DNA of 63,998 nucleotides, counting the filler, from Lama guanicoe (taxonomy: Eukaryota), in the NCBI GenBank assembly GCA_013239625.1. It is 77 parts of 72 records of this genome, joined end to end, with 100 filler letters (N's around TTAATTAATTAA, not from the genome) between each part and the next. Parts side by side here need not be neighbours in the genome. Positions count along the whole stretch, not along the records: positions 1 to 953 come from PNXV01000231.1; positions 1,054 to 2,024 come from MU053113.1; positions 2,125 to 3,147 come from MU053116.1; positions 3,248 to 4,060 come from MU053119.1; positions 4,161 to 5,180 come from MU053121.1; positions 5,281 to 6,073 come from MU053122.1; positions 6,174 to 7,198 come from MU053123.1; positions 7,299 to 7,731 come from PNXV01000264.1; 69 more parts are not named here. One strand, given 5' to 3'. The notes under the pieces are model-generated. The model was given only the letters and a program-made list of their open reading frames with translations, was not told the origin of the DNA and did no database searches. Made by a program: the position numbers and the translations under genes. Shown piece after piece: positions 1 through 11,626 of this stretch. Positions within the stretch are counted from its first letter, which is position 1. Each line of letters begins with the position of its first letter.

Positions 1-600
1 ACCCAGGCCACAGACTAGCAGGCCAGACCCTGCCCAGGGACCAGCTGGGCGCTGGCCCACCCACTAGAAGGCTAACACAAGCTTCAAGACACTCAGACCC
101 CTGCAGCCAACTGTGTAAGGAACTGACCCCACCCACCAGGAATTCAACACCAGCTCTGGGACCCCTGGGCCCTGCAACCAGACCCCAAGACCCAGTTCTG
201 CCCACCAGCAGGCTGCCATGAGCCCAGGACTACCAGTGGGTGGCAACAGCCCTGGGATCTCTTTGACCCTGACTCCACCTACCAGTACCCCAGCACTAGC
301 CCCTGGGCCCCCAAGGATTCCACAGTCAACCACCTCCTGACCGTGTTCCACCAGCCAGTGATTTGGTAACTAACAGGACTAGCGGTCAACCAAGCCTACA
401 AGGCTGCCCCCGCAGTCCTCCCACCACAGACCCTCACAGCCCTCATGGGGGGGACCCCTAGGGCACAGAGCCCTGGTGATGAGAGAGGTGTGCTCTGCTG
501 GGACACATATGGGACAAGCTCCTACAAATGGCAACTTCTCCAAAGTTGGGAAAAGTTGCCTACCTACCAGGTACATAAAAATATAAACAACAACTCAGGC
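1..600 (+). mobile_element. Probable LINE-1 5' UTR fragment (laurasiatherian-type)
   Basis: C/A-rich sequence with recurring CCCACCAG/CCCTGGG motifs resembling L1 5' regions. Recognised by eye only. Confidence 0.4.
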
Positions 601-832
601 GAAAACCACTTAGTGGAAACAGAAACATTTTCAAACCAAGGTGTTATAGGGTAAGTGCAATCAGATTCCTCAATATTTCTTCCTTTCCAGGAGTTTGCAA
701 TGTGGTAATGGGAAGGGGAGTGGAGGCAGTATGGAGCAGGGAAGAGCTGGAGTTGTGGAGAAGTCACCCACCTTCTAATCCTGGATTAAGAATCCTAGAT
801 CTCTCACTTGAGTTTTATGATTTTAGGGTTTC

Positions 833-953
833 TTTTTTTTTAATTTTATTTTTTATTGAAATGAAGTTGATTTATAGTGTTAGTTTTAGGTGTACAGCAA
901 AGCGATTCAGTTATACATAAACTTATGTCTATACACACACACACACACACACA
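833..953 (-). mobile_element. LINE-1 3' end (antisense) followed by (CA)n microsatellite
   Basis: Poly-T, then TTTATTGAAATGAAGTTGATTTATAGTGTTAGTTTTAGGTGTACAGCAAAGCGATTCAGTTATACAT (typical antisense L1 tail), then (AC)n to the contig end. Confidence 0.8.
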
Positions 954-1053
954 NNNNNNNNNNNNNNNNNNNNNNNNNNNNNNNNNNNNNNNNNNNNTTA
1001 ATTAATTAANNNNNNNNNNNNNNNNNNNNNNNNNNNNNNNNNNNNNNNNNNNN
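954..1053. other. Artificial contig linker N44-TTAATTAATTAA-N44 (first of ~76 copies in the window)
   Basis: 44 N, a palindromic 12-mer with TAA in all six frames (998-1009), then 44 N. The same 100-bp block recurs between all pieces. Confidence 0.98.
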
Positions 1054-1560
1054 TGGGGAGTCACAAGAACCACCGCGGCGGCTCGCACGCGCACCAGGGC
1101 CCAAACTGGCCGCGAGGTCGGAGCCTCAGCCACGCACCCCTACCTGTGCGCCTCTCCAAGGGCGCAGCCCAGGCCCCACCCTCCGGCTCCCACACCAGCA
1201 CCCCCTTACCTGCCCGACCGTGGCAGCGGAGGCGAAGGCAAGCGGCGGACGAGTTCCTCCGGAGCAGGTCACAGGAGCGCCCCGCTCCCGCCAGGCTTCC
1301 ACACGCTCTGGGTGAGCTCCTGCGTCCGGGTGTTTGTGCGTCCGCGCGTTTGTGCGTCCGCGCGTGCGCGCTCCTCCTCCTCCCGCGGGAAGCGCGTACC
1401 CTCGGGCTTGGGCTCCTGCTGTACAGGACCTGGCCAGTCTGTACGGTTGGGTGGGTCTCCATCACCAAAGCACCAAAGCCCCCACTGTGGCACCGACCAG
1501 GTCCCGGATCGCAGGCAAAACCACCAAACGCCCCAGGGGAGAGGACAGCCGCCATCTCCT
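1054..1560 (-). promoter_or_regulatory. CpG island with probable non-coding first exon(s) on the minus strand
   Basis: Dense CpG/CGCG. Minus-strand donors CAG|GTAAGG (exon end ~1210) and CAG|GTAGGG (~1144). Confidence 0.6.
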
Positions 1561-1911
1561 CTCCACCTGCCCTCCCACCCCTTTACTGTCCCCCCCACCC
1601 CCAGCCAGGCCCAGTCTGCCACCATTCCCCCAAGACAGGGCTCCTTCTTACACCGAGTTCCCCATCCCCAATCTCCACCCTGCTAGATACTAAGCTATGG
1701 CCCCCACACTCCAAGCTCACCCCTCATGCTTCACTAGGAACCCCAACATCCCCACATGGCCTCTGTCTCCCCTCAACTTGGTCAATTCCACTCCAACCAG
1801 CCCCTTACTCCTCAGACTGTCCCCCCTCACCACGGGATCCCCCCTCTCCAAGTGCACCCCTACCTAGAGACTCATCCTTTTTTTGTCTGTTTACAGATAG
1901 AATTTTAAGTA

Positions 1912-2010
1912 ATTCATTCATTCGCTAAAAAATGCTTATTTAGTGCTTATTCTGTGCCAATAGCTGTTCTAGGACTTGGACTTTATTAGTGAAGAAAACA
2001 TAGTGAAGAA
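1912..2010 (-). mobile_element. L2 3' end relic
   Basis: ATTCATTCATTC...ATTTAGTGCTTATTCTGTGCCA...TGTTCTAGG...AGTGAAGAAAACA matches the antisense L2 tail. Confidence 0.75.
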
Positions 2011-2124
2011 ACACTTTCAATCTANNNNNNNNNNNNNNNNNNNNNNNNNNNNNNNNNNNNNNNNNNNNTTAATTAATTAANNNNNNNNNNNNNNNNNNNN
2101 NNNNNNNNNNNNNNNNNNNNNNNN

Positions 2125-3147
2125 CTGGCACAGAGATATTAGGAAAACCCTCAGGGAGACGAGCTTAGGCATTTCATTAGAACCCACGCACTGCCGACAA
2201 TTGGTGGTACCTCCCCACGCTCAGGATTCCGGAACCATTGTCAGTGCATGGGGAGCTCGAGAGACAACTCCACGGAGGCTCTCTTCATCACAAGTGTTCC
2301 CTNNNNNNNNNNNNNNNNNNNNNNNNNNNNNNNNNNNNNNNNNNNNNNNNNNNNNNNNNNNNNNNNNNNNNNNNNNNNNNNNNNNNNNNNNNNNNNNNNN
2401 NNNNNNNNNNNNNNNNNNNNNNNNNNNNNNNNNNNNNNNNNNNNNNNNNNNNNNNNNNNNNNNNNNNNNNNNNNNNNNNNNNNNNNNNNNNNNNNNNNNN
2501 NNNNNNNNNNNNNNNNNNNNNNNNNNNNNNNNNNNNNNNNNNNNNNNNNNNNNNNNNNNNNNNNNNNNNNNNNNNNNNNNNNNNNNNNNNNNNNNNNNNN
2601 NNNNNNNNNNNNNNNNNNNNNNNNNNNNNNNNNNNNNNNNNNNNNNNNNNNNNNNNNNNNNNNNNNNNNNNNNNNNNNNNNNNNNNNNNNNNNNNNNNNN
2701 NNNNNNNNNNNNNNNNNNNNNNNNNNNNNNNNNNNNNNNNNNNNNNNNNNNNNNNNNNNNNNNNNNNNNNNNNNNNNNNNNNNNNNNNNNNNNNNNNNNN
2801 NNNNNNNNNNNNNNNNNNNNNNNNNNNNNNNNNNNNNNNNNNNNNNNNNNNNNNNNNNNNNNNNNNNNNNNNNNNNNNNNNNNNNNNNNNNNNNNNNNNN
2901 NNNNNNNNNNNNNNNNNNNNNNNNNNNNNNNNNNNNNNNNNNNNNNNNNNNNNNNNNNNNNNNNNNNNNNNNNNNNNNNNNNNNNNNNNNNNNNNNNNNN
3001 NNNNNNNNNNNCTCAGGATTCGAAGCATTGTCAGTGCGTCGAGGAGGTGGAAAGGCAACTCCACGCAGCTCTCTTCATTCACAGGTGTTACTTGTTCGAG
3101 GAAGTCCGAGAAATACCTTTCCTGAACTTGGGGAGGCAGCCTCTGTC
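2125..3147 (+). repeat. SatA: GC-rich 267-bp satellite (gapped)
   Basis: Shares GGTGGAACCTCCCCACGCTCAGGATTCCGGAACCATTGTCAGTG with 11627-12443, 45582-46528 and 48806-50531. Confidence 0.93.
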
Positions 3148-3247
3148 NNNNNNNNNNNNNNNNNNNNNNNNNNNNNNNNNNNNNNNNNNNNTTAATTAAT
3201 TAANNNNNNNNNNNNNNNNNNNNNNNNNNNNNNNNNNNNNNNNNNNN

Positions 3248-5180
3248 ATATTCTGTGCTCTACATTCTATATTCTGAATTCTATATTCAGTATTCTTAAT
3301 TCTATATTCTAATTTCTGTGTTCTACATTGTATATTCATATTCTATATTCAGTATTCGGTATTCTATATTTTAAATTCTTTGTTCTACATTCCATGTTCT
3401 AAATTCTGGGTTCAATATTTCTATTATNNNNNNNNNNNNNNNNNNNNNNNNNNNNNNNNNNNNNNNNNNNNNNNNNNNNNNNNNNNNNNNNNNNNNNNNN
3501 NNNNNNNNNNNNNNNNNNNNNNNNNNNNNNNNNNNNNNNNNNNNNNNNNNNNNNNNNNNNNNNNNNNNNNNNNNNNNNNNNNNNNNNNNNNNNNNNNNNN
3601 NNNNNNNNNNNNNNNNNNNNNNNNNNNNNNNNNNNNNNNNNNNNNNNNNNNNNNNNNNNNNNNNNNNNNNNNNNNNNNNNNNNNNNNNNNNNNNNNNNNN
3701 NNNNNNNNNNNNNNNNNNNNNNNNNNNNNNNNNNNNNNNNNNNNNNNNNNNNNNNNNNNNNNNNNNNNNNNNNNNNNNNNNNNNNNNNNNNNNNNNNNNN
3801 NNNNNNNNNNNNNNNNNNNNNNNNNNNNNNNNNNNNNNNNNNNNNNNNNNNNNNNNNNNNNNNNNNNNNNNNNNNNNNNNNNNNNNNNNNNNNNNNNNNN
3901 NNNNNNNNNNNNNNNNNNNNNNNNNNNNNNNNNNNNNNNNNNNNNNNNNNNNCTCATTAATCTTTATATACTATATTCTGCATTCCTTAGTCTATATTCT
4001 ATATTCTGCTTCCTACATTCTATTTTCTAAATTCTATATTCAGTATTCTGTATTCTATATNNNNNNNNNNNNNNNNNNNNNNNNNNNNNNNNNNNNNNNN
4101 NNNNTTAATTAATTAANNNNNNNNNNNNNNNNNNNNNNNNNNNNNNNNNNNNNNNNNNNNTATAAAATTTTCAATATAGAATGTAGATCACAGAATATGG
4201 AATGTAGAAAACGGAATGCAGAATACAGAATACAGAATATAAAATTTAGAACACTGAATATAGAATATGGAAAACAGAATACAGAAACCACAATTTAGAA
4301 CATGGAATGCAGAAAACTGAATTTAGAAAATAGAATACATACAACTGAAAATAGAATTTTGAATATAGAATGTAGAACACAGAATTTAGAATATAGAGAA
4401 CAGAATACTGAATATAGAATTTAGAATATAGAATTAAGAACACAGAATAGAGAATATAGAATAGAGAATATAGAACCGAGAATTTAGAACATGGATTGCA
4501 GAACACAGAATTTAGATATATAGAATACAGAATACTGAATATAGAATTTAGAATATAGAATGTAGGACACAGAATATAGAATATAGACTATGGAATGCTG
4601 AATATAGTATTTAGAATATCGAATTCTGAACACAGAATATAGAAAATAGAATAGAGTATATAGAACCCAGAATATAGAACATGGAATTTAAAACACAGAA
4701 TTTAGAATATATAATACAGAATACTGAATATAGAATTTAGAACATAGAATACGGAACACAGAATTTACAATATAGAATACAGAATACTTAATAAAGAATT
4801 TAGAATATAGAATTTAAGACACAGAATATAGAATATACACAACGGAATGCAGAATATAGAATATAGAATATAGAATATTGAACCCAAAGTATAGAATATA
4901 GAATAGAAAATATAGAACCCAGAATTTAGAAAATGGAAAGCAGAATTCAGTATTTAGTATATAGAATACAGAATACCGAATATGGATTATAGAACATGGA
5001 ATGCAGAANNNNNNNNNNNNNNNNNNNNNNNNNNNNNNNNNNNNNNNNNNNNNNNNNNNNNNNNTATAGAATTTACAGAATAAGGAATATAGAGTATAGT
5101 ATATAGAACCCAGAATTTAGAACTTGGAATACACAACACAGAATTTAGAATACAGAATACAGAATACTGAATATAGAATT
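3248..5180. repeat. SatB: AT-rich heptamer satellite (AGAATAT variants), two contigs in opposite orientation
   Basis: 7-bp periodic AGAATAT/AGAATAC/AGAATTT/AGAACAC/GGAATGC. Confidence 0.95.
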
Positions 5181-5280
5181 NNNNNNNNNNNNNNNNNNNN
5201 NNNNNNNNNNNNNNNNNNNNNNNNTTAATTAATTAANNNNNNNNNNNNNNNNNNNNNNNNNNNNNNNNNNNNNNNNNNNN

Positions 5281-6073
5281 TTGAGGTGTTTAACCAACAA
5301 CCACCTACAAGGGAATACCTTTGCCCCCTGAAATATGCGTGGACACTCTTTCTCCACCAACAGCACACACACGAAGAAGTTTTCTGGAATCCTGAGCATG
5401 GGGAGGCTACTCCAAATGACAGCAGCACCTGGGTTCTATTAGAATCCCTTAGCTTGTGTTCCCTGAGTGTTTACATAGGCCAGGCTTTGATCTAATGTGG
5501 GGTTTGGTCTCTATAGCTAGGTTTTAGCGAGTGCCTCTCTATGGGCATGGAGGTTTTTAAAACTACATCCCTAACCTTTAAACACCTGCCCCCCATATAA
5601 ATGCGTGGTCTCTCTTTCCCCACCTCCAGGACACCCACGAAGAATAGTTCTGGTCTACTGAGTGTGGGGAGGCACCTCCAAATGACATCAGCAACTGGGA
5701 ACTTATAATATCATTTGGCTTGCTTTCCCTGAGTGTTTCCATTGGCCAGGCTGTGAGCGAAGTTGGGTGTTGGGCACTAAAGANNNNNNNNNNNNNNNNN
5801 NNNNNNNNNNNNNNNNNNNNNNNNNNNNNNNNNNNNNNNNNNNNNNNNNNNNNNNNNNNNNNNNNNNNNNNNNNNNNNNNNNNNNNNNNNNNNNNNNNNN
5901 NNNNNNNNNNNNNNNNNNNNNNNNNNNNNNNNNNNNNNNNNNNNNNNNNNNNNNNNNNNNNNNNNGGGTTCTAATCCATTAACTTGTCTTCATTGATGGC
6001 TAGCCTAGGCGGGAGTGCGGGGGTATGTGAGGGTTGGGCTCCAAAACCAAGTATTATTGACTGCCTCTCCACG
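5281..6073. repeat. SatC: diverged ~266-bp satellite related to SatA
   Basis: CTGAG..TGGGGAGG landmark at 5392 and 5658 (266-bp spacing). Aligns to the SatA reverse strand. Confidence 0.85.
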
Positions 6074-6173
6074 NNNNNNNNNNNNNNNNNNNNNNNNNNN
6101 NNNNNNNNNNNNNNNNNTTAATTAATTAANNNNNNNNNNNNNNNNNNNNNNNNNNNNNNNNNNNNNNNNNNNN

Positions 6174-7198
6174 GGAATGCAGAACACAGAATTTAGAATA
6201 TAGAAAATGAATACTCAATACATAATTTAGAATATAGAATGTAGAACACCGAATATAGGATAAAGATTACGGAATGTAGAATATATAATTCAGAATATAG
6301 AATGTAGAACACAGAATTTAGAATATGGAAAACAGAATATAGAACCCAGAATTTAGAACATGGAATACAGAACACAGAATTTAGAATATAGAATACAGAA
6401 TACTGAATATAGGATTTAGAATATAGAATGTATAACACAGTACATANNNNNNNNNNNNNNNNNNNNNNNNNNNNNNNNNNNNNNNNNNNNNNNNNNNNNN
6501 NNNNNNNNNNNNNNNNNNNNNNNNNNNNNNNNNNNNNNNNNNNNNNNNNNNNNNNNNNNNNNNNNNNNNNNNNNNNNNNNNNNNNNNNNNNNNNNNNNNN
6601 NNNNNNNNNNNNNNNNNNNNNNNNNNNNNNNNNNNNNNNNNNNNNNNNNNNNNNNNNNNNNNNNNNNNNNNNNNNNNNNNNNNNNNNNNNNNNNNNNNNN
6701 NNNNNNNNNNNNNNNNNNNNNNNNNNNNNNNNNNNNNNNNNAGAATTTAGAATATAGTATACAGAATACTGAATATAGAATTTAGAACATAGAAGGCAAA
6801 ACAGAGAATTAAGAATATAGCATGCAGAATACTGTATATAGAATTTATAAACAGGAATGCAGAAAACAGAATTAAGAAAATAGAATAAAGAATACTGAAT
6901 ATAGAATTTAGAATATATATGGAATAACAGAATATAAAATATAGACTACGGAATGGAGAATAGAAGAATACAGAATATAGAATGTAGAACACAGTATATA
7001 GAATATAGATTAGAGAATATAGAAACCAGAATTTAGAACATGGAATTCAGAACACAGAATATAGAATATAGAATACAGAATAATTTTTATACAATTTAGA
7101 ATATAAAATGTAGAACACAGAATATAGAATATAGACTACGTAATGCAGTGTATAGAATATAGAATATAGAATGATGAACACAAAATATAGAATATAAA
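6174..7198. repeat. SatB heptamer satellite
   Basis: 7-bp AGAATAT periodicity. Confidence 0.95.
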
Positions 7199-7298
7199 NN
7201 NNNNNNNNNNNNNNNNNNNNNNNNNNNNNNNNNNNNNNNNNNTTAATTAATTAANNNNNNNNNNNNNNNNNNNNNNNNNNNNNNNNNNNNNNNNNNNN

Positions 7299-7731
7299 TT
7301 GTTGGAGATACATAGTGCACGCAACTTTTAGGGGGCACAGGTGTTCCATGGGAGGGAATGTAGTTTAAACACCTCCACTGCCCATAGAGAGGCACTCGCT
7401 ATAACTTGGCTTTAGAGCCCAACCCCCACCTTCGCTCCCTTCCCGTCCTTGGAAACACTCAAGGAAGATAACCTAAGGGATCCTATTAGATCCCAGATGC
7501 TGCTGTCAGTGGGAGGTGCCACCCCACACTCATACCAGAACAATTCTTCATGTGTGTGCTGGAGGTGGGGAAACAGATTCCACGCATTTTTCAAGGAGCA
7601 CAGATATTCCCAGGTTGTGGGATTTTGGTGAATAATTTCCTCATCCCATGGAGAAGCACTCGCTAGTACTTGGATTCACAGCCCAACCACCAATTTCCCC
7701 CGGACTCCGCCCTTGGCAAGCCATCATTGAA
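7299..7731. repeat. SatC (opposite orientation)
   Basis: CCCAGATGCTGCTGTCAGTGGGAGGTGCCACCCCACACTCA is the reverse complement of the SatC core. Confidence 0.85.
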
Positions 7732-7831
7732 NNNNNNNNNNNNNNNNNNNNNNNNNNNNNNNNNNNNNNNNNNNNTTAATTAATTAANNNNNNNNNNNNN
7801 NNNNNNNNNNNNNNNNNNNNNNNNNNNNNNN

Positions 7832-8631
7832 ATACTGAATAGAGAAATTTGAATATAATATGTAGGACACAGAATATAAATTATAGAATAGAGAAAATAG
7901 AAAAAAAGAATTTAGAATATGAAATGCAGAAGCCAGAATTGAGAATACAGAATACAGAATACTGAATGTAGAATTTAGATAATAGAATGTAGGACACAGA
8001 ATATAGAATATAGAAAACAGAATATAGAACCAAGAATTTAGAACATGGAATGAAGAACACAGAATTTAGAATATAGGAAACAGAATACTGAATATAGAAA
8101 TTATAATATAGAATGTAGAACACAGAAAATAGAACATAGAATACGGAATGCAGAATATAGAATTTAGAGTAAAAATGAATAACACAAAATATAGAATATA
8201 GAATAGAGTATATAGAACACAGATTTTGGAACATGGAATGCTGAACACAGAATATAGAATATAGAATACAGAATTCTTAATATAAAATTTAGAATAAGAA
8301 TGTAGAACACAGTATATAGAATATAGAATACGGAATTCAGAATATAGAAAAAATATATAGAATATAGAAAGCAGAAAATAGATTATGGAAAACAGAATAC
8401 AGTACCCAGAATTAAGAACATGCAATGCAGAACACAGAATTTACAATATAGAACACAGAAAGCTGACTATAGTATTTAGAATATAGAAAGCAGAACACAG
8501 AATATAGAATAGAACACAGAAAATACAGTGTACAGAATACTTAATAAACAATTTTAAAATTGAATGTAGAACACAGAATATTGAATATAAAATACATAAT
8601 ATTGAATATATAATTTAGAATATAGAATGTA
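7832..8631. repeat. SatB heptamer satellite
   Basis: 7-bp periodicity. Near-identical to the reverse complement of 31769-32470. Confidence 0.95.
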
Positions 8632-8731
8632 NNNNNNNNNNNNNNNNNNNNNNNNNNNNNNNNNNNNNNNNNNNNTTAATTAATTAANNNNNNNNNNNNN
8701 NNNNNNNNNNNNNNNNNNNNNNNNNNNNNNN

Positions 8732-9201
8732 TATAGTTTTAAATAAGGGAAAATGATACATCCTCTTTCTTCTTTGTCAATTTTGATTCTGTTTATTGTT
8801 TGTTTTCTCTTCTTTTCTTTTCTTTTTTTTGTATGTGATTTCAACACTTTTGTGTTTACATGTAAATTTTAGAATTCTTTATTGTAAATTCAGAAAATGC
8901 CCTTGGTATTTTGATAGGCACTGAATTTAATTTATGTATTTTCTTGGCTATTACTGTCATTTAAACAATATATTTTTCCTCATCAATGAACACAGTATAA
9001 CCTTTCATGTGTTTGCATTGTCTTCAATTTCTGTTATAAATATTTTACAGTTTTCTGTGTACAGGACTTTTACCTCCTTGGATGGATATATTTCTAGCTT
9101 TTGCTTTTTGTAATGCAACTGTAAATGAGAGAATTCCCTCACTTTCTCTGTATGTTAGCTTGTTGTTTGTGTACAGAAATGCAAGATTTCTGTATGTTAA
9201 T
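8732..9201 (-). mobile_element. LINE-1 ORF2 fragment, degenerate
   Basis: Antisense L1 motifs CCTTGGTATTTTGATAGG...CAGGACTTTTACCTCCTTGG...AGAAATGCAAGATTTCTGTATGTTAAT. Confidence 0.85.
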
Positions 9202-9301
9202 NNNNNNNNNNNNNNNNNNNNNNNNNNNNNNNNNNNNNNNNNNNNTTAATTAATTAANNNNNNNNNNNNNNNNNNNNNNNNNNNNNNNNNNNNNNNNNNN
9301 N

Positions 9302-9874
9302 AATTTTTATCAAATGCTTTCTCTGCATCTACTGAGATGATCATGTGGTTATTATGTCCTCTCTGTTATTGGTATGTTGTATCACAATTTATTGTTTGAT
9401 TTGCATAAGTGAAACCATCCTTGTGTTCCTGGGATGAACCTTACTTGACCATGGTGTATGATCTTTTTTCCATGCTGTTGGATTCTGTTTGTCAATATTT
9501 TCTTAAGGACATTTACATCTATGTTTAACAATGATATTGGCTTATAGTTTTCTCTTGAGGTAGTGTCTTAGTCTGGTTTTGGTATCAGGTTAATGTTGGC
9601 CTTACAGTGTGAGTTTTGGAGTACTCTCTCCATATCAACCTTTTGGAAGAGTTTGAGGAGGACTGGTATGGATTTTTCTTTGTATGTTTTGTCATTACCC
9701 CATTGAAGCTATTTGAGTCTGAATTTTTGTTTGCAGAGAATTTTTATTTTATTCATAATTCTATTCCACTTCTGGTGATCTGTCTGTTCAAATGGTTAAT
9801 TCCTTCTTGATGCAGTATTGGTGGACTGAATGTTTCCAAAAACTTCTCCATTACTTCCTGGTTATCCAGTTTGT
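9302..9874 (-). mobile_element. LINE-1 ORF2 fragment (RT N-terminal region)
   Basis: TTTTATCAAATGCTTTCTCTGCATCTACTGAGATGATCATG...GGTTTTGGTATCAGG, canonical antisense L1. Confidence 0.9.
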
Positions 9875-9974
9875 NNNNNNNNNNNNNNNNNNNNNNNNNN
9901 NNNNNNNNNNNNNNNNNNTTAATTAATTAANNNNNNNNNNNNNNNNNNNNNNNNNNNNNNNNNNNNNNNNNNNN

Positions 9975-10670
9975 GGTTTGGCACACATCAGGAGGCTACC
10001 GAGGTGCTCTCAGGGAAGGTAGGTTGGGGGTGCCATCATTACACTCTCAGCCTGTCTTGCTACAGCTCACTGACATTTCCCAGAAAGGAGCTTGTATACT
10101 TATCTGAAGCCCTGTTCTTTGTGACTGTTCTCCAGGGGACACCTCCAGACTTCCTAGCTCTAGGGGCCATCAGGGACTACATTAGCAGTCCCAAGCCTCA
10201 AGATATTTATATTCTTCAAAAGCTGTTACTGGGGGGTATGGAGTCCAATCAGTCTGAAACTTTATGTTGAGATCCTCACCTTTGAGATACTGACTGATCT
10301 TGGCACACCCTCAACTGCTGAGAGCTGTCAAAATAAAATTAGCTGCTTGGATAGTCATAGTTTCATTGACAACCAAGAGTAGGCAGGGAAAGTTCATCTC
10401 CAACACAACTCTTCAAGACTGGGAGAGGTGGCTGTTTTACTTAATGCATAGAAACCAACATAGAGAGTCAAGTGAAATGAGAAAAACAGAAGACTGTGGA
10501 CAATGTTTCAAATGAAAGAACAAGATAAAACCCCAGAAAAAAAAACAATGAAATGAAGAAAAGTAATTGGCCTTATGAAGAATTCAAAGTACACTTATAT
10601 AAAGCCCACTGAACTCAGAATAATAATGGATGAACACAGTGAGAACTTCAACAAAGAGTTAGAAAATATA
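9975..10670 (+). mobile_element. LINE-1 5' UTR / ORF1 start, degenerate
   Basis: AATGTTTCAAATGAAAGAACAAGATAAAACCCCAG...ATGGATGAACACAGTGAGAACTTCAACAAAGAGTTAGAAAATATA, typical of the ORF1 N-terminus. Confidence 0.8.
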
Positions 10671-10770
10671 NNNNNNNNNNNNNNNNNNNNNNNNNNNNNN
10701 NNNNNNNNNNNNNNTTAATTAATTAANNNNNNNNNNNNNNNNNNNNNNNNNNNNNNNNNNNNNNNNNNNN

Positions 10771-11526
10771 TATATTATAAATTCTATATTCAGTATTCTA
10801 TATTCTAATTTCTGTGTTCTTTATTCGATGTTCTAAATCTGTATTCAGTATTCTGTATTCTATATCTAAATTGTGTGTTCTGCATTCCATGTTCAAATTC
10901 TGTGTTCTGTATTCTGTTTTCCATATTTTATATTCTGTGTTCTACATTCTATATTCTGTATTCTATATTCTGCATTCCGTATTCTATATTCTATATTCTG
11001 TGTTCTACATTCTATATTCTAAATTCTNNNNNNNNNNNNNNNNNNNNNNNNNNNNNNNNNNNNNNNNNNNNNNNNNNNNNNNNNNNNNNNNNNNNNNNNN
11101 NNNNNNNNNNNNNNNNNNNNNNNNNNNNNNNNNNNNNNNNNNNNNNNNNNNNNNNNNNNNNNNNNNNNNNNNNNNNNNNNNNNNNNNNNNNNNNNNNNNN
11201 NNNNNNNNNNNNNNNNNNNNNNNNNNNNNNNNNNNNNNNNNNNNNNNNNNNCTGTATTCTGTACATTCTATAGTCTAAATTCTATATTCAGTATTTTGTA
11301 TTCTATATTCTAAATTCTGTGTTCTGCATTCGATCTTGTAAATTCTGGCTTCTATATATTCTATTCTATATTTTATGTTCTGTGATCTTCATTCTATACT
11401 TTAAATTCAATTTTCTGTTTTCCGTTCAGTATTATGTATACTATATTCTAAATTCTGTGTTCTACATGCCGTATTCAGCTTTCCGTATTCTATATTCTAT
11501 TTTCTGTGTTTTACATACTATATTCT
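10771..11526. repeat. SatB heptamer satellite
   Basis: ATATTCT periodicity. Confidence 0.95.
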
Positions 11527-11626
11527 NNNNNNNNNNNNNNNNNNNNNNNNNNNNNNNNNNNNNNNNNNNNTTAATTAATTAANNNNNNNNNNNNNNNNNN
11601 NNNNNNNNNNNNNNNNNNNNNNNNNN

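Noticed and set aside
1061..1928. Overlapping 118-260 aa ORFs
   Set aside because: These are GC-rich CpG-island frames with Pro/Arg/Ala bias and no recognisable domain.
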